NCBI GenBank assembly: GCA_951406725.2
Contig: OX597843.1
Location: forward strand, 19,344,001 to 19,408,000
Source of the DNA: Octopus vulgaris
Taxonomy: Eukaryota
Direction of reading: 5' to 3'
Length of the DNA: 64,000 nucleotides
In this document: one piece after another, positions 1-13,035 of the stretch
How positions within the stretch are numbered: position 1 is the stretch's first letter
How the letters are laid out: each line of letters opens with the position of its first letter
Translations under genes and position numbers: made by a program
Notes under the pieces: generated by a model
Databases searched by the model: none
What the model was told of the DNA's origin: nothing
The model's input: only the letters and a program-made list of their open reading frames with translations

Positions 1-153
1 CCGAACTGGGCAGCCCCCAAGGGGAATCTAAGCCAAGCGCATTAGATCCCTTGGAAGAAAGCTTCGAATGTATACAACAACAACAAGGGACGGAAAACGA
101 ACGATGTACACGAATAAAAATACAGAATACGTGACAACAATAAGGAAAGCACA

Positions 154-207
<54 letters not shown>

Positions 208-210
<3 letters not shown>

Positions 211-614
211 CGCATGAGTGGCTGTGTGGTAAGTAGCTTGTTTACCAACCACATGGTTCCGGGTTCAGTCCCACTGCGTGGCACCTTGGGCAAGTGTCTT
301 CTACTATAGCCTCGGGCCGACCAAAGCCTTGTGAGTGGATTTGGCAGACGGAAACTGAAAGAAGCCCGTCGTATATATGTATATATATATGCGTGTGTGT
401 ATGTTTGTGTGTCTCTGTTTGTCCCCCAAGCATTGCTTGACAACCGATGCTGGTGTTTTTATGTCCCCGTCACTTAGCGGTTCGGCAAAAGAGACCAATA
501 GAATAAGTACTGGGCTTACAAAAGAATAAGTCCCGAGGTCGAGTTGCTCGATTAAAGGCGGTGCTCCAGCATGGCCGCAGTCAAATGACTGAAACAAGTA
601 AAGAGTAAAAGAGA

Positions 615-615
<1 letters not shown>
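208..615 (+). mobile_element. tRNA-derived SINE family A (octopus-type), full length
   Basis: Head with A/B-box-like motifs (gtggctgtgtggtaag; ggttcagtccc), internal (TA/TG) tract, (gtaaaaga)n tail. About 15 full or partial copies in the window, e.g. 5500-5881 -, 8495-8908 -, 24060-24412 -, 30197-30670 +, 35382-35782 +, 51361-51804 -, 59652-60050 +. Confidence 0.85.
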
Positions 616-658
<43 letters not shown>

Positions 659-794
659 GGCTTCTTCCAGTTTCCTGTCTACCAAATCCACTCACAAGGC
701 CTTGGTCGGTCCAAGGCTATAGTAGAAGACACTTGCCCAAGGTACCACACAGTGGGACTGAACCCGAAACCATGTGGTTGGTAAGCTATCTTCT

Positions 795-1147
795 TACTAT
801 ACAGCCACACCAAGTAACATGGTAGTGGAAGAATGAAGTGGACAGGGCCATCAGGGGAAACAAACAGGCATGGAAGGACACTGGAAGTGTGGTGGTAGCA
901 GGGAACCCAATCAGGGGAGCTAAGAGACAGGTTTACTTAGCGAGAGGGGATAAGAAGAAATTTGCCAATGTTCTGCGTCGTGAGACTTGAAGTGTTTTGA
1001 ATTGCAAGACTGTATGAGAGACAATGCGTTCACATGAATGATGGCTCAATTGCATTTAATGATGCTGCAAAGGGAGACACCACTACGGAAAGGGTGCTAA
1101 ATGAAGAGAATGGATGGGAGGAAGAGAGTCTGCCAAATGTCAACCGA
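795..1147 (+). mobile_element. RTE LINE internal fragment
   Basis: Homologous to 18660-18960 (gaggaagagagtctgccaaatgt; aagaagaaatttgccaatgttctgc). Confidence 0.7.
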
Positions 1148-1332
1148 CTGACGGAAAGTTGGTGAATAAAAGACAGGATGGTCATAGCTGGACAACTGTT
1201 TTATCCTAGGTCTGCTAGATTAGGAGCAACCTAGGGCTAAACATCGAGGGCAAATCAGATAACAACAAGGAAGGACACATTTGATAATGTAGTCCTAGAT
1301 ACACAATGTGTGAAAAAAGATTTTTAATTTAC

Positions 1333-1866
1333 CTTTTTGAAACTTCTGTCCCTTGGTGGTGGTTGTATCTTTCACTGGTTTATTGGCCAAGATATGGAGT
1401 GACACACGGACAATATGACTGGCGTAGACATCGGTGATGAATGTCTCAATGTTGTCATCAAGGAACTCACAGAACTGTAGAAACGATTCCCGTGCTGACG
1501 CCGATCCCTTTTTCGACCCTGCCTTCTTCTTGCACTTCCTCTTTCCACCATCACCATCGTCATCGTCGTCATCACTGACAACGTTGTCTTCTGCGTTACC
1601 CTTGATCTCCTCTTCGTCATGGAGCTCTGCTGGGTCGGCATCGAATGTGGAAGGCAACAGTAGGAGGGTTTTGTGCATGATGTGGCTCGTGCAGCGGTCG
1701 GTGCAGAACTCCATCCGATTCGAGCAGATCATCTGCCACATATAAAACAGGTGCTTTGGTTCAGCATTCTTCAAGAATGTCTCTACATAGTGACTGGCAG
1801 TTTGGTTCTGACACACAGGGACCACCTCCGTCTTCAGCTGGCGGAGAACGTTGAGCAAAAAAATAC
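1333..1866 (-). CDS. NOP9: NOP9-like nucleolar protein 9, coding exon 2 (Pumilio-like repeats)
   Basis: ttttag acceptor and gtaaat donor; 534 nt, in frame with exon 1. IFLLNVLRQL..CQNQTASHYVETFL..CTDRCTSHIM..TDVYASHIVRV is typical of NOP9 PUF repeats. The gene presumably continues left of the window. Confidence 0.8.
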
Positions 1867-3688
1867 CTAAAAAGACAAGATTATTTACAGGATTATACAC
1901 ACACATATCATTTAACATCCGTTTTCCATGCTGGCATGGCTTGGATGGTTTGACAGGGGACCGGCTAGACAGAAGACTGCACCAGACTTGTTGGTCTTTT
2001 GGCTGGATGCCATTCCTAACACCAACCACCTAGCAGAGTAGACCAAGTGTTTTTTTTACATAGCACAAGCACCAGCAAGGCCTGTTTTTGCAGGGTTTTC
2101 ACCCCTGGGTGCCTTTCCAAATGTCAACCATTTTACAGTGTGGACAACACCAACATCAAAATGAAAATCAAATGGAAATTGTAGTTAAGATACCCGTGCC
2201 GGTGACACATAAAATGCACCATCCGAACGTGGCCATAGCCAGCGCCACCTGACTGGCATCTGTGTCGGTGACATGTAAAAGCACCATCCGATTGTGACCG
2301 TTTGCCGGCCTCCTCTGGCCCCTGTGCAGCTGGCACATAAAAAGCACCCACTACACTCACGGAGTGGTTGGCATTAGGAAGGGCATCCAGCTGTAGAAAT
2401 ACTGCCAGATCAGACTGGAGCCTGGTGCAGCCTCCTGGCTTCCCAGACCCCGGTCGAACCATCCAACCCATGCTAGCATGGAAAACAGACGTTAAACAAT
2501 GATGATGATGATATATATGTAGATATATATATATATTTAGAATTCTTTTTCTTTTTTAAATTTTGACCTTGATGCAGAGAAGCTATAACTAATGGTTACA
2601 ATTTTTTGGCACAAGGCCAGTCTGGGGCAATTAGGTTAACCCCAATGCACAACAGGAACTTATTTTAACAACCCTGAAAGTGATGAAAGGCAAAGTTGAC
2701 CCTGGTGGGATCTGAACTCAAACAATGTAAAATGGCTGAAATACTGCAAAGCATTTTGTCTGGGGTGTTGAGGGTTCTGCCAGTTTGTTGCCTTCTACAA
2801 ATAAAAGTGTGAAAATATTGAATTATACCCAAAAAAAAAAAAAAAACAAACTTTGATTTTCCCCATTAAAAGGATTTTTAAAACTCAGTATTGTGACATT
2901 ACTATTTCAAAGCCTTGTGAGTAGATTTGGTAGATGGAAACTGAAAGAAGCCCATCACATATCTATGTGTGCGTTTGTATGTTTGTGTCTGTCCTCTCCA
3001 CCATCGCTTGATAATCGATGTTGGTGGGTTTACGTCCCTGTAACTTAGTGGTTCAGCAAAAGAGACCGATAGAATAAGTAATGGGCTTACAAAGAGTAAG
3101 TCCTGGGGTCAATTTGACTAAAGGCGGTGCTGCAGCATGGCCGCAGTCAAATGACTGAAACAAATAAAAGAATGGAAATCGATCAATGGAAATTGCAGAT
3201 GTGTTACCAGTGCCGGTGGCATGTAAGAGAACCTTCCGTTTCGCGACCGTTGCCAGCCTCGCCTGGCCCTCGTGCCGGTGGCACATAAAAAGCACCATCC
3301 GTTTCGTGGCCGTTTGCCAGCTCTGTCTGGCACCTGTGCGGGTGGCACGTAAAAAGCACCCACTACACTCACGGAGTGGTTGGCATTAGGAAGGGCATCC
3401 AGCCGTAGAAACACTGCCAGATTTGACTGGGCCTGATGCAGCCTTCTGGCTTCACAGACCCCAGTAGAACCATCCAACCCATGCTAACATGGAAAACGGA
3501 CGCTAAACGACGATGATGATGATGATGATATATGTAAAGAATTTGTGTGTGTGTGTGTTCTACAAGATTCCTGGTGTGAAATCCTCTGCTGAAACAGATC
3601 CTTCGGGACAGCCATTTTCCTTTTCTTGCCAGATAAACACACGGATTCTGTGTTCTTTCTTCATTTCAGATTTATTGTTCTTATTTTA

Positions 3689-4006
3689 GGTACTACTAGC
3701 AAACAGCGATCCCGGTGTGCGCACTCGCGCATCCGTGCTAGCGAGTCGTAAGTAGTCGATCCTACAACGACTTGCACCTATGTTTGTATTTCAAGGCTGA
3801 ATCCATATCAAAGAAAATTAAAGAATATTTTTCCAACAAAGTAAATAAAACGCAAAGTAAATAACTTTTAAAAAAAATAAATTATTTTTATAAACAAACT
3901 AAGGTTAGGGTTAGGGTTAAAAAGTCGTTGTAGGATCGACTACGTACGACTAGCTAGCGTGGATGCGTGAGTGTGCGCACTGGGACCACTGTTCGCTACT
4001 ATTACC
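3689..4006. mobile_element. MITE with ~85-bp TIRs, GGTA termini and 9-bp TSD (Merlin-like)
   Basis: TSD cttatttta at 3680-3688 and 4007-4015; TIRs ggtactactagc..gatcctacaacgactt; internal ttagggttagggtta. Confidence 0.8.
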
Positions 4007-6848
4007 CTTATTTTATGTCCATTATCTGGAAATCTTTCTTCACACAGCCATTTTAGTTAATGTTTTTTGTATAGTCTGAAATTGTTGCAGAATTCTTCCA
4101 AGTCATCATCATCATCGTTTAACGTCCGTTCTCCATGCTAGCATGGGTTGGATGGTTCTACTGAGGTCTGTGAAGCCAGAAGGCTTCATCAGGCCCAGTC
4201 AAATCTGGCAGTGTTTCTACGGCTGGATGCCCTTCCTAATGCCAACCACTCCGTGAGTGTAGTGGGTGCTTTTTACGTGCCACCCACACAGGTGCCAGAC
4301 GGAGCTGGCAAACGGCCACAAACGGATGGTGCTTTTTATGTGCCACAGGCACGAGGGCCAGGCGAGGCTGGCAACGGACACGCACGGATGGTGCTTTTTA
4401 TGTGCCACCGGCACGAGGCCAGTCGGGGCGGCGCTGGCAACGGTCGCGAAATGGAAGGTTCTCTTACATGCCACCGGCACTGGTAACACATCTGCAATTT
4501 CCATTGATCGATTTCTAATTATCATACTAGGAGTACAACTGCAAATCTGAATTCCATTTGGATACCTTGGTCTCCTATTGATAAATATATTGCACACCTA
4601 CATACAGAGTGGACTTCATATGGTGGGGAAGGGCAGAATTAGTAACCGGGGCAAAATGAATAACTTCTGATTTCTGATTATTATCTTCCCACCTGTTTGA
4701 AATTATTGCATTGCAAGTAGAGCATCATTTCTAAGAGTAAAAGTTGGTCAATATAGTTATTGTTTAAACTGAGAGAGTCTGAAATATAGTCAGGTGGCAG
4801 GTTCCCTCCACTTTGTCCTCATTGTAATTAAGGCTGCTAAGAAAATACCTGGATAATTTTTGGTGTTTAACAATCAAAATAATCTTTTCTCTGTTGGATT
4901 CCAAATAAATTTTCTTCCCCACACTAATGTCTAATTTGATAACTTTCAAGTTTCCAAAAAATGATGTCTAAAATGGGGTGAAATAATGATTTATTTCAAT
5001 AATTTCTTCTGTTGAGGCTCCATGGTGCAGGTCACGAAGAAGCTAGAGAATATTTTATGTAGTTTTTTTTAGTTGAGTTCATATCATTGACTAGCACATA
5101 AAAAGCACCATTGAAGCGTGACCATTGCCAGAGCTGCCTGACTGGCACCCATGTCGGTGGCACGTAAAAACACCCACTGCGCTCTCAGAGGGATTGGCAT
5201 TAGGAAGGGCATCCAGCTTTGCCAAATCTGATTGGAACCTGGTGCAGCTTCCCAATTCTCTGTCAAACCACCCAACCCATGCCAGGAAGGAAAGCAGACG
5301 TTAAACGACAATGATGATGATGTGTCAATCTCCCCTTCAGCCTCAGTCATCTGACGTAAATATTAAATTGGTTTTTGCATTTCTAAAAGATGGATATTGA
5401 TGTGTGTGGGTGTTTTTTCCTGGAAAACTGAAGTGGCAAATATACTATGGCCTACTCATTTTGCCCCAGTCGAATTTGTCCAGTGAGCAGATTAACTTAC
5501 TTTTACTTTACTCTTTTACTTGTTTCAGTCATTTTGACTGCGGCCATGCTGGAGCACCGCCTTTAATCGAGCAACTCGACCCCGGGACTTATTCTTTTTG
5601 TAAGCCCAGTACTTATTCTATCGGTCTCTTTTGCCGAACCGCTAAGTGACGGGGACGTAAACACACCAGCTTCGGTTGTCAAGCAATGCTAGGGGGTCAA
5701 ACACAGACACACAAACATACATATACATATACACGACAGGCTTCTTTCAGTTTCCGTCTACCAAATCCACTCACAAGGCATTGGTCGGCCCGGGGCTATA
5801 GCAAGATGCCACGCAGTAGGACTGAACCCAGAACCATGTGGTTGGTTAGCAAGCTACTTACCACACAGCCACTCCCGCGCCAAATAAATATTAACTGAAA
5901 GTAAATATGCAAGATTTGGCATTCTTTCGATATAACTCGACAAAATCAAAACACTTCGGGTATTTCCGTGGAAGCAAGTGTCGGTTCGATTCTGTTTCAT
6001 GCTTGGAAATTTGCGGATTTTACACAGACACATGAAACGGGTAAGAACAAATATGCAAGGCTTTGTTTTTCTTCAAGTTTAAAATGAGACATAATTTCGT
6101 TATGTCTATTACTCCACAACCCACGGAAATACCCGAAGCGAAATGCCCCTATCCTGTCGAGTTATATCGAAGGAATGCCCAAGATTTTTCTCAAGTTTCA
6201 AATGCGACCCTGTTTTTGTAATCGTGCTTGTGTGAAATACAAATTCATAAACAAGTACACCCATTTGCTTACGCTCCCGTTTCGATTGACAAGTCAAAAG
6301 TAAATAAGAACTTTTCACGGACCGATCTTTCGGTACAAGTACCATAACTGCCAGTTATAAACCCACGTGGGTTTATTTACATTCCTGAAGAAAAACGAAA
6401 CCCTTCCCCCACATATATGAAAAAAACTTTTCGGTAAGTGACGATCTTCTTCAAATGTAAACAAACAGTAACTGGCAGTTACTTGAACCGAAAGATCGCC
6501 ACTTTTTGGATGTTTGTGAATATTTGATATAAAAAATATGTTTGCTTGTACGCAATAACAATTGTATTAATCTTTTCTACAAGGGTTGGAATTTTGGAGA
6601 GGGGAGGTGCTGGTCGATCACATCGAATCCCCCAGTGCATGACTGGTACTCATTATATCCAAAAGGATAAAAGGCAAAGTCGACTTGGGCGGAATTTGAA
6701 CTTAGATCATTAAAGACGGAAGAAATCCTGGAAGGCATTTTGTCCGGCGTGCTAATGACTCTGCCAGCGCGGCACACGGGTTATGAACCCCCGAAGCACT
6801 TGGACTGCGACCTATTTTATCGACCTCGAAACGATGAAAGGTAAAGTG

Positions 6849-7066
6849 GGTACTACTTAAGAAGAGTGATCCCGGTGCGCGCACTCGCCAGTCGATCCTT
6901 ACTTTGTGCTTTTGTGTTTTATTTACTTTGTTTACGAAAAATTATTTACTTTGTGTTTTATTTACTTGCTTGGTAGTCGTTGTAGGATCGACTAGTCACG
7001 ACTAGCTAGCGTGGATGAGCGAGTACGCGAGTGCGCGCACCGGGACCACTCTTCTTAAGTAGTAAC
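6849..7066. mobile_element. Related Merlin-like MITE inserted in a SINE C copy
   Basis: TIR ggtactacttaagaagagtg / cactcttcttaagtagtaac; TSD ggtaaagtg / ggtgaagtg (one mismatch). Confidence 0.78.
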
Positions 7067-7189
7067 GGTGAAGTGAGCATCGACGAGCACTGAACTCAGA
7101 ATGTTAAGTCGGAAGAAATGCCGTTGACGGTTTTATAAGGATTCTACCAGATTGCAGTTCTTTTGGGGGTTTTACAAACGATTCTGCGA

Positions 7190-7405
7190 GGAGAAGAAGA
7201 AGAAGAAGAAGAAGAAGAAGAAGAAGAAGAAGAAGAAGAAGGAGATAAAGGAAAAAAAGAAGAAGAAGGAGAAGGAGATAAAGGAGAAGAAGAAGAAGAA
7301 GATAAAGGAAAATAAGAAGAAGAAGAAGACGAAGAAGAAGAAGAAGAAAAAGAAGAAGAAGATAAAGGAAAAAAGAAGAAGAAGATAAAGGAAAAAAAGA
7401 AGGAA
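7190..7405. repeat. (GAA)n-rich tract just inside NOP9 intron 1
   Basis: ~215 bp of near-pure purines. Confidence 0.95.
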
Positions 7406-7422
7406 ATGAATGAAGGCCTCAC

Positions 7423-7564
7423 TTTTGTTTTCGGGATCCTGACAGGTTTCCTGTTTGAAATTTTGGTAAGCCCTTTTATAATAGGACATCGTGTCCTCAG
7501 ACAACGACCCTTTCTTGCTCTTATTGCTGGGTTTTTGGTCCTTCATTCGGTGTTTTGGGTTCAT
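7423..7564 (-). CDS. NOP9: NOP9-like nucleolar protein 9, coding exon 1
   Basis: ATG at 7564 (MNPKHRMKDQ...LSEDTMSYYKRAYQNFKQETCQDPENK) resembles the NOP9 N-terminal 'YFRRA' region. GTGAG donor at 7422; 142 nt, phase 1, matching the next exon. Confidence 0.75.
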
Positions 7565-8069
7565 GATGTGAGTAAAACTATTTATAATCAAATAAAGATC
7601 TATTTCCCGTTCTGTTGATGAGGTGCAGCCACAATCGAGTTAAATGGAGAAATAGACATGATGTCTTTATTATTATCAGCTACAGAATGCTATAGAGATA
7701 TATATATATACATATATATAAAGTATGTAGAGATGTGTGTGTAATTATGAAGAGGAACAGATTTCGACATGTGCTCGAATACGAAATTAATGCTAAAATG
7801 TTGTGGCTATATAGATTATATTAGATGCAGCTGTATATGTCTAGCCATAGTTACGAATACCATGGGGGAGGAAAAAAGGCCAAAAAGTGAATATTTAAAT
7901 GAAGAATATGAATTGTTATAGATATATATATTAATAAAGAACTATACATATACTTTTATTTTGAGTTCTATTTTGTTGTTGTTTGAATGACCATTCCCCT
8001 GTGTGTGTGTGTGTGTGTGTACACACACTACACACACGTACACATATATCCATATGTCTGTCTGTCCAC

Positions 8070-8410
<341 letters not shown>

Positions 8411-8702
8411 CCCATTTACTCTGGCCCCTTTTCTATCCCTATCTCTCCCTCTCCACTGCTCATATTACATATCAAGCTGCTACTTTCTGTTCTCTTTTAC
8501 TCTTTTACTTGTTTCAGTCATTTGACTGCGGCCATGCTGGAGCACCGCCTTTAGTCGAGCAAATCGACCCCAGGACTTATTCTTTGTAAGCCAGTACTTA
8601 TTCTAGCAGTCTCTTTTGCCGAACCGCTAAGTGACGGGAACGTAAACACACCAGCACCAGTTGTCAAGCGATGATGGGGGGGGGACAAACACAGACACAC
8701 AA

Positions 8703-8749
<47 letters not shown>

Positions 8750-8914
8750 TATATATACACATATATACGATGGGCTTCTTTCAGTTTCCGTCTACCAAAT
8801 CCACTCACAAGGCTTTGGTCGGCCCAAGGCCAAAGTAGAAGACACTTGCCCAAGGTGCCACGCAGTGGGACTGAACCTGGAACCATGTGGCTGGTAAGCA
8901 AGCTACTTTATTTT

Positions 8915-10200
8915 ATTAAATTTGCCATAAGGGCAGTACATAGAATAAAATAGCTTGCGGGCTGGATACGGACATTAATGACATGAATGATAATGATACA
9001 AGGATGGGAGAAAATGAAAAGTGCCCGCCGACTTTTGCTTCTCTAAAACATTGTTCTTTTTTAAAAAGCCCTGAATGAGGTATGAACCCTCTTACAATTT
9101 CATAATTATTCCACTTTATGGACTAAAAAATCAATTACAATTAAAAACAATTTAATAAGGTGATAAACCAATTACACAAATGAGTCCCTACTCAACTTTC
9201 TTGCCTCCTGCAGACATTCCAGCAGCCGCAAGTTGGGGGCCCATAAACAAGATCTGTACTCTTCCTTTGGGGAGTCCATTATATGATAGAAGTTCCTTTC
9301 TTCCAGTACCAGAGCAGCCACTTGCGGAGGCCACTCTGGAAAACAAGTCAGGTCTCTCAGGTCCCGACTTTTAAAGGAACTTTCTATATAATTCTCTATA
9401 GCCCCTCCCCTGAGAAAGATGATCACATATTCTTCAACATTTCCACTGGGAGAAGCCTTCTTCTTCCCCCTCTCCAGTAGCACATGTCCCACTGAAGGGG
9501 TTTCGGAACATGCCGACGGTGCACCATCAACTGCTGGCGATGCCCCGTTTTTCTCCTTCCCTTTTTCGTTTTGTTTACGACGGCAGGGTGGAGTTCCTCC
9601 ATCATGTTTGGAAGTCCCTCCTTCCCTCCTGCTGCCTCAGAATCCATTGGTGGGCAACCATTGTTGCCCACCTTCTTTCTTTTCTTCCCTTTTGTTTTCA
9701 AGGGGGTCACCTCCTCCTCGACTTTCTCTTCCTCTCCTTCCGTTAGAGACTCAGGAGCCCATCTTGGGGGAACCAGGAGATCTTCTTCTATTAACTGCTC
9801 CAGTACCCTTGCTTGGTTCCTGGAGCAGTTCTTCTTTATGTGACCTGATTCCAGGCACAGGTGGCATCTGGGGTGGGTGGGGGGCGTCCCTCAAGAATCA
9901 CCAGATACCAAGAACCGGCCATCTTTAGGAAATCTGGAAAAACCAGATCTTTGTCTGATTGGGTCCATAGGGTCGAAATTGCTTTTGACCCCACCCAATC
10001 AGCCACAGGAAGCATTTTAACATTTAAGAGCCTGGCCCCACTGCCACCCAGACCCCGGCGGGTAGTGTCCTCTATCCACTCGGGCTCTATTCCGGGTGGC
10101 AGCCCACACAACCAGGCTCTTGTCAATTTCCTTCCACGATATGTGAGAAGAAACAAATTTTTCCCCTTTCAGGGGCTGGCTCACAAAATTCGAGCCTCCT
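8915..10200 (-). mobile_element. Degenerate Tx1/L1-like LINE (ORF1-like remnant)
   Basis: AWLCGLPPGIEPEWI..VILEGRPP resembles L1/Tx1 ORF1 RRM regions; 3' end gcccttatggc..aataaa resembles the 55150-55500 tail. Confidence 0.45.
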
Positions 10201-10589
10201 CAGGGGTATCAAATAGCAACCACACTCGGGAAATTAATGTGCAAGTGGCTGAGTACTCCACAGACACGTGTACCCTTAATGTAGTTCTCATGGAGATTCG
10301 GTGTGACAAGGCTGGCCTCCTTTGAAATACAGGTACAACTCATGTTTGCCAGCTGAGTGGACTGGAGCAAGGACACAGTGTATCACTAGGAATTGAACTC
10401 TTGACCCTATGATCATGGGCCGAATGCCCTAACCACTAAGCCACCTGCCTTCACACAAGGTAAAGTGTTATAGAGAGAAAAAAACTGAAACACAATTGGT
10501 TTCTGCTTGTCTCAACTTCTATTCTGCCCTCCTCTCACAAAAGACAATCATTTGACTGCGGCCATGCTGGAGCACCACCCTTAGATGAA

Positions 10590-10985
10590 CAAATTCTGAG
10601 CGCCTTGTTTCCCTGGGCATGGATTCACTAAAGCTCCGGCGTCTGGCGACGGACTTGGTAAACACCCACAAGGTTATCAACCACCTCACCAACAACAACA
10701 CTGAACACCTTTTTGATCTCCATGTGTCTAACACACGTGGACATGCCTACAAAGTCAGTAAACAACACAGCTCCCATGACTTTCGCAAACATTTTTTCAC
10801 GCTCAGAGGTGCTGAAGCATGGAATAAACTGCCTGCGTCAGTTGTTGACTGCCATGACACTGCATCCTTTAAGGCCCTCATGCTTTCCAAAATCCGTTGA
10901 AACTACACCTGATTATATATATACACTTTAGATGAGTTGTAGTGCACCTGAGCACTGTACACAATTATTATTATTATTATTATTA
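10590..10985 (+). mobile_element. CR1-clade LINE 3' end
   Basis: TRGHAYK..RKHFFTLR..WNKLP motif and (TTA)n tail. Confidence 0.85.
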
Positions 10986-12641
10986 AATCAACCCCCCAGG
11001 ACTTATTCATCATCATCATCACCACCTCCACCATCATCATCATCATCATCATCGTCCTCAAGATCATTACCATCACCATCATCACCATCACCACCACCTC
11101 CATCATCTTCGTCATTTAACATCTGCTTTCCATGCTGGCATGGGTTGGATGGTTTGACCAAGGATGACAAGCAAGAAGGCTGCACCAGACTCTTGTCAGA
11201 TTTGCCATGGTTTTCTATGGCTTGATGCCCTTCCTAATGTCAACCACTCAGAGAGTGTAGTGGGTACTCTTTGTGTGCCAGCATCATGAGTGCCATTTAC
11301 ATGACACTGGCAACAGTCACGGCTACGGTTCCGCTTGGCTTGACCAGTCTTCCAAAGCCAACGTCTCAGTCACTCGTCATCGTTTCTGCAAGAACAGATT
11401 GATTGACAGAAAGGTTTTGGGTGTCTTGGAATTTCATTCACAGATTTACTGAGTCAAACAAGTGGACTCACTCAGTCATCGGTTGACTTCCATCACACAA
11501 ATGTATATTAGGATTCATCTCGTATTATGAGATGGGGTGGTGAAGCATGACCTTTGAATGTTGGGCCTCACTGAGGCGATGACACGTGACCGATACCTTT
11601 GGAGATATGCTGTGTTTGAGAAGACCCGGCAAAACAAGTGAGACCATAACCGTGTGTTATGCCAGTGCTGTATAAGCAGCCCATTGAAGGAGACCCTTAA
11701 ATCATTGGACAATAAACAGCGCTTGCAAAGACCTGTAGAGGCAAGTGAAATCGTTGTGTACTGCCTGAGTGGTACCCATGCCAGTGACACATAAAAAGCA
11801 CCATTCAAACGTTGTTGATGCCAGTTCCACGTGACTGGTCCCATGCCAATGGTATGTAAAAAGCACCCACTACACCTTGGAGTGGTTGGCATTAGGAAGG
11901 ACATCCAGCTGTAGAAACACTGCCAGATTGGATTGGAGCCTGGTGCAGTCTTAATGGCTTGCCAGCCCTCAGTCAAACCACCCAACCCATGCCAGCATGG
12001 AAAGGAGACGTTAAACGATGACAATGATGACGATGATGATGATCTTAGGCAGAGCCATGCTAGTAACTCAAAATACTTAGGTTTTAGAGTAAAATGTGAA
12101 GGCACAAAGCTCAGTGGTGAGAGCATCAGGTTCACAGTTGTGAGGTTGTGAGTTTGATTCCTGGACCGGGCTGTGTGTTGTGTTCTTGAGCAAGACACTT
12201 TATTTCATGTTGCTACAGTTCACTCAGCAGTAGGGGCAATAGGGGAGCGGAAGGGGATGAGGGGAGGGTCGTGGTGCTACTAAGAGCCACAACCACATAC
12301 ACACATGCACACATGCATACAAACACACATATACACATACAAATACAGATGCAAACACATGTGCATATAAGGATTCACATTGTCGAAGAACAGAATGGAC
12401 TAAGTAGAACGGGAGCACACATGAGGAGGGAAAAGGTCGCTGAAGAGGTCACAGATGTGTGACGAAATATTTCTGAACAACGGACATAAGTTAAAATATG
12501 AAGTTAAAATATAAATATAAATAAGTTAAAATATAAACAAGTGAAAAAGGAATATATAATGCATTTGTTTATTTGGCAAAAAAATAAATAAATTACCATC
12601 CCAAAATACAACTATATATACATATATAATCTTATCAAATT

Positions 12642-12688
<47 letters not shown>

Positions 12689-12742
12689 CGGATCTACTTT
12701 TAGCGTTACAGTGACCACATGTGGACTCTCTCTCATTACTTG

Positions 12743-12777
<35 letters not shown>

Positions 12778-12779
12778 GT

Positions 12780-12987
12780 AGGTCCCGGGTTGAGTCGGGG
12801 TTAACCACAGTAAATAAGGTACTCAATACATAGCAGAGTAAATTAATTTATTTTATAGAAGGAGCTTCTACAGGACTAGAACTGTTTCATTCAGAAGAAA
12901 TCATCAGGAAGCTCATGTTGATTTCAGCTTCCTGATGATTTCTTCTGAATGAAACAGTTCTAGTCCTGTAGAAGCTCCTTCTATAAA

Positions 12988-12993
<6 letters not shown>
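12780..12993. mobile_element. Fold-back element (Penelope-like pLTR remnant) with a hammerhead motif
   Basis: 68-bp perfect inverted arms 12846-12913 / 12926-12993 inside (TA)n; sibling copy at 47418-47586. Confidence 0.75.
12926..12976 (+). ncRNA. Minimal type-I hammerhead ribozyme motif
   Basis: agcttc-CUGAUGA-uuucuucugaau-GAAA-cag uucuaguc cug-UA-gaagcu: stem I 6 bp, stem III 4 bp, predicted cut after 12970. The stem II closing pair is U.U (non-canonical). Confidence 0.6.
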
Positions 12994-13028
<35 letters not shown>

Positions 13029-13035
13029 CATATAT

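Noticed and set aside
3900-3920. TTAGGG repeats as an interstitial telomere
   Set aside because: Only ~3 units, and internal to a TIR/TSD-bounded MITE.
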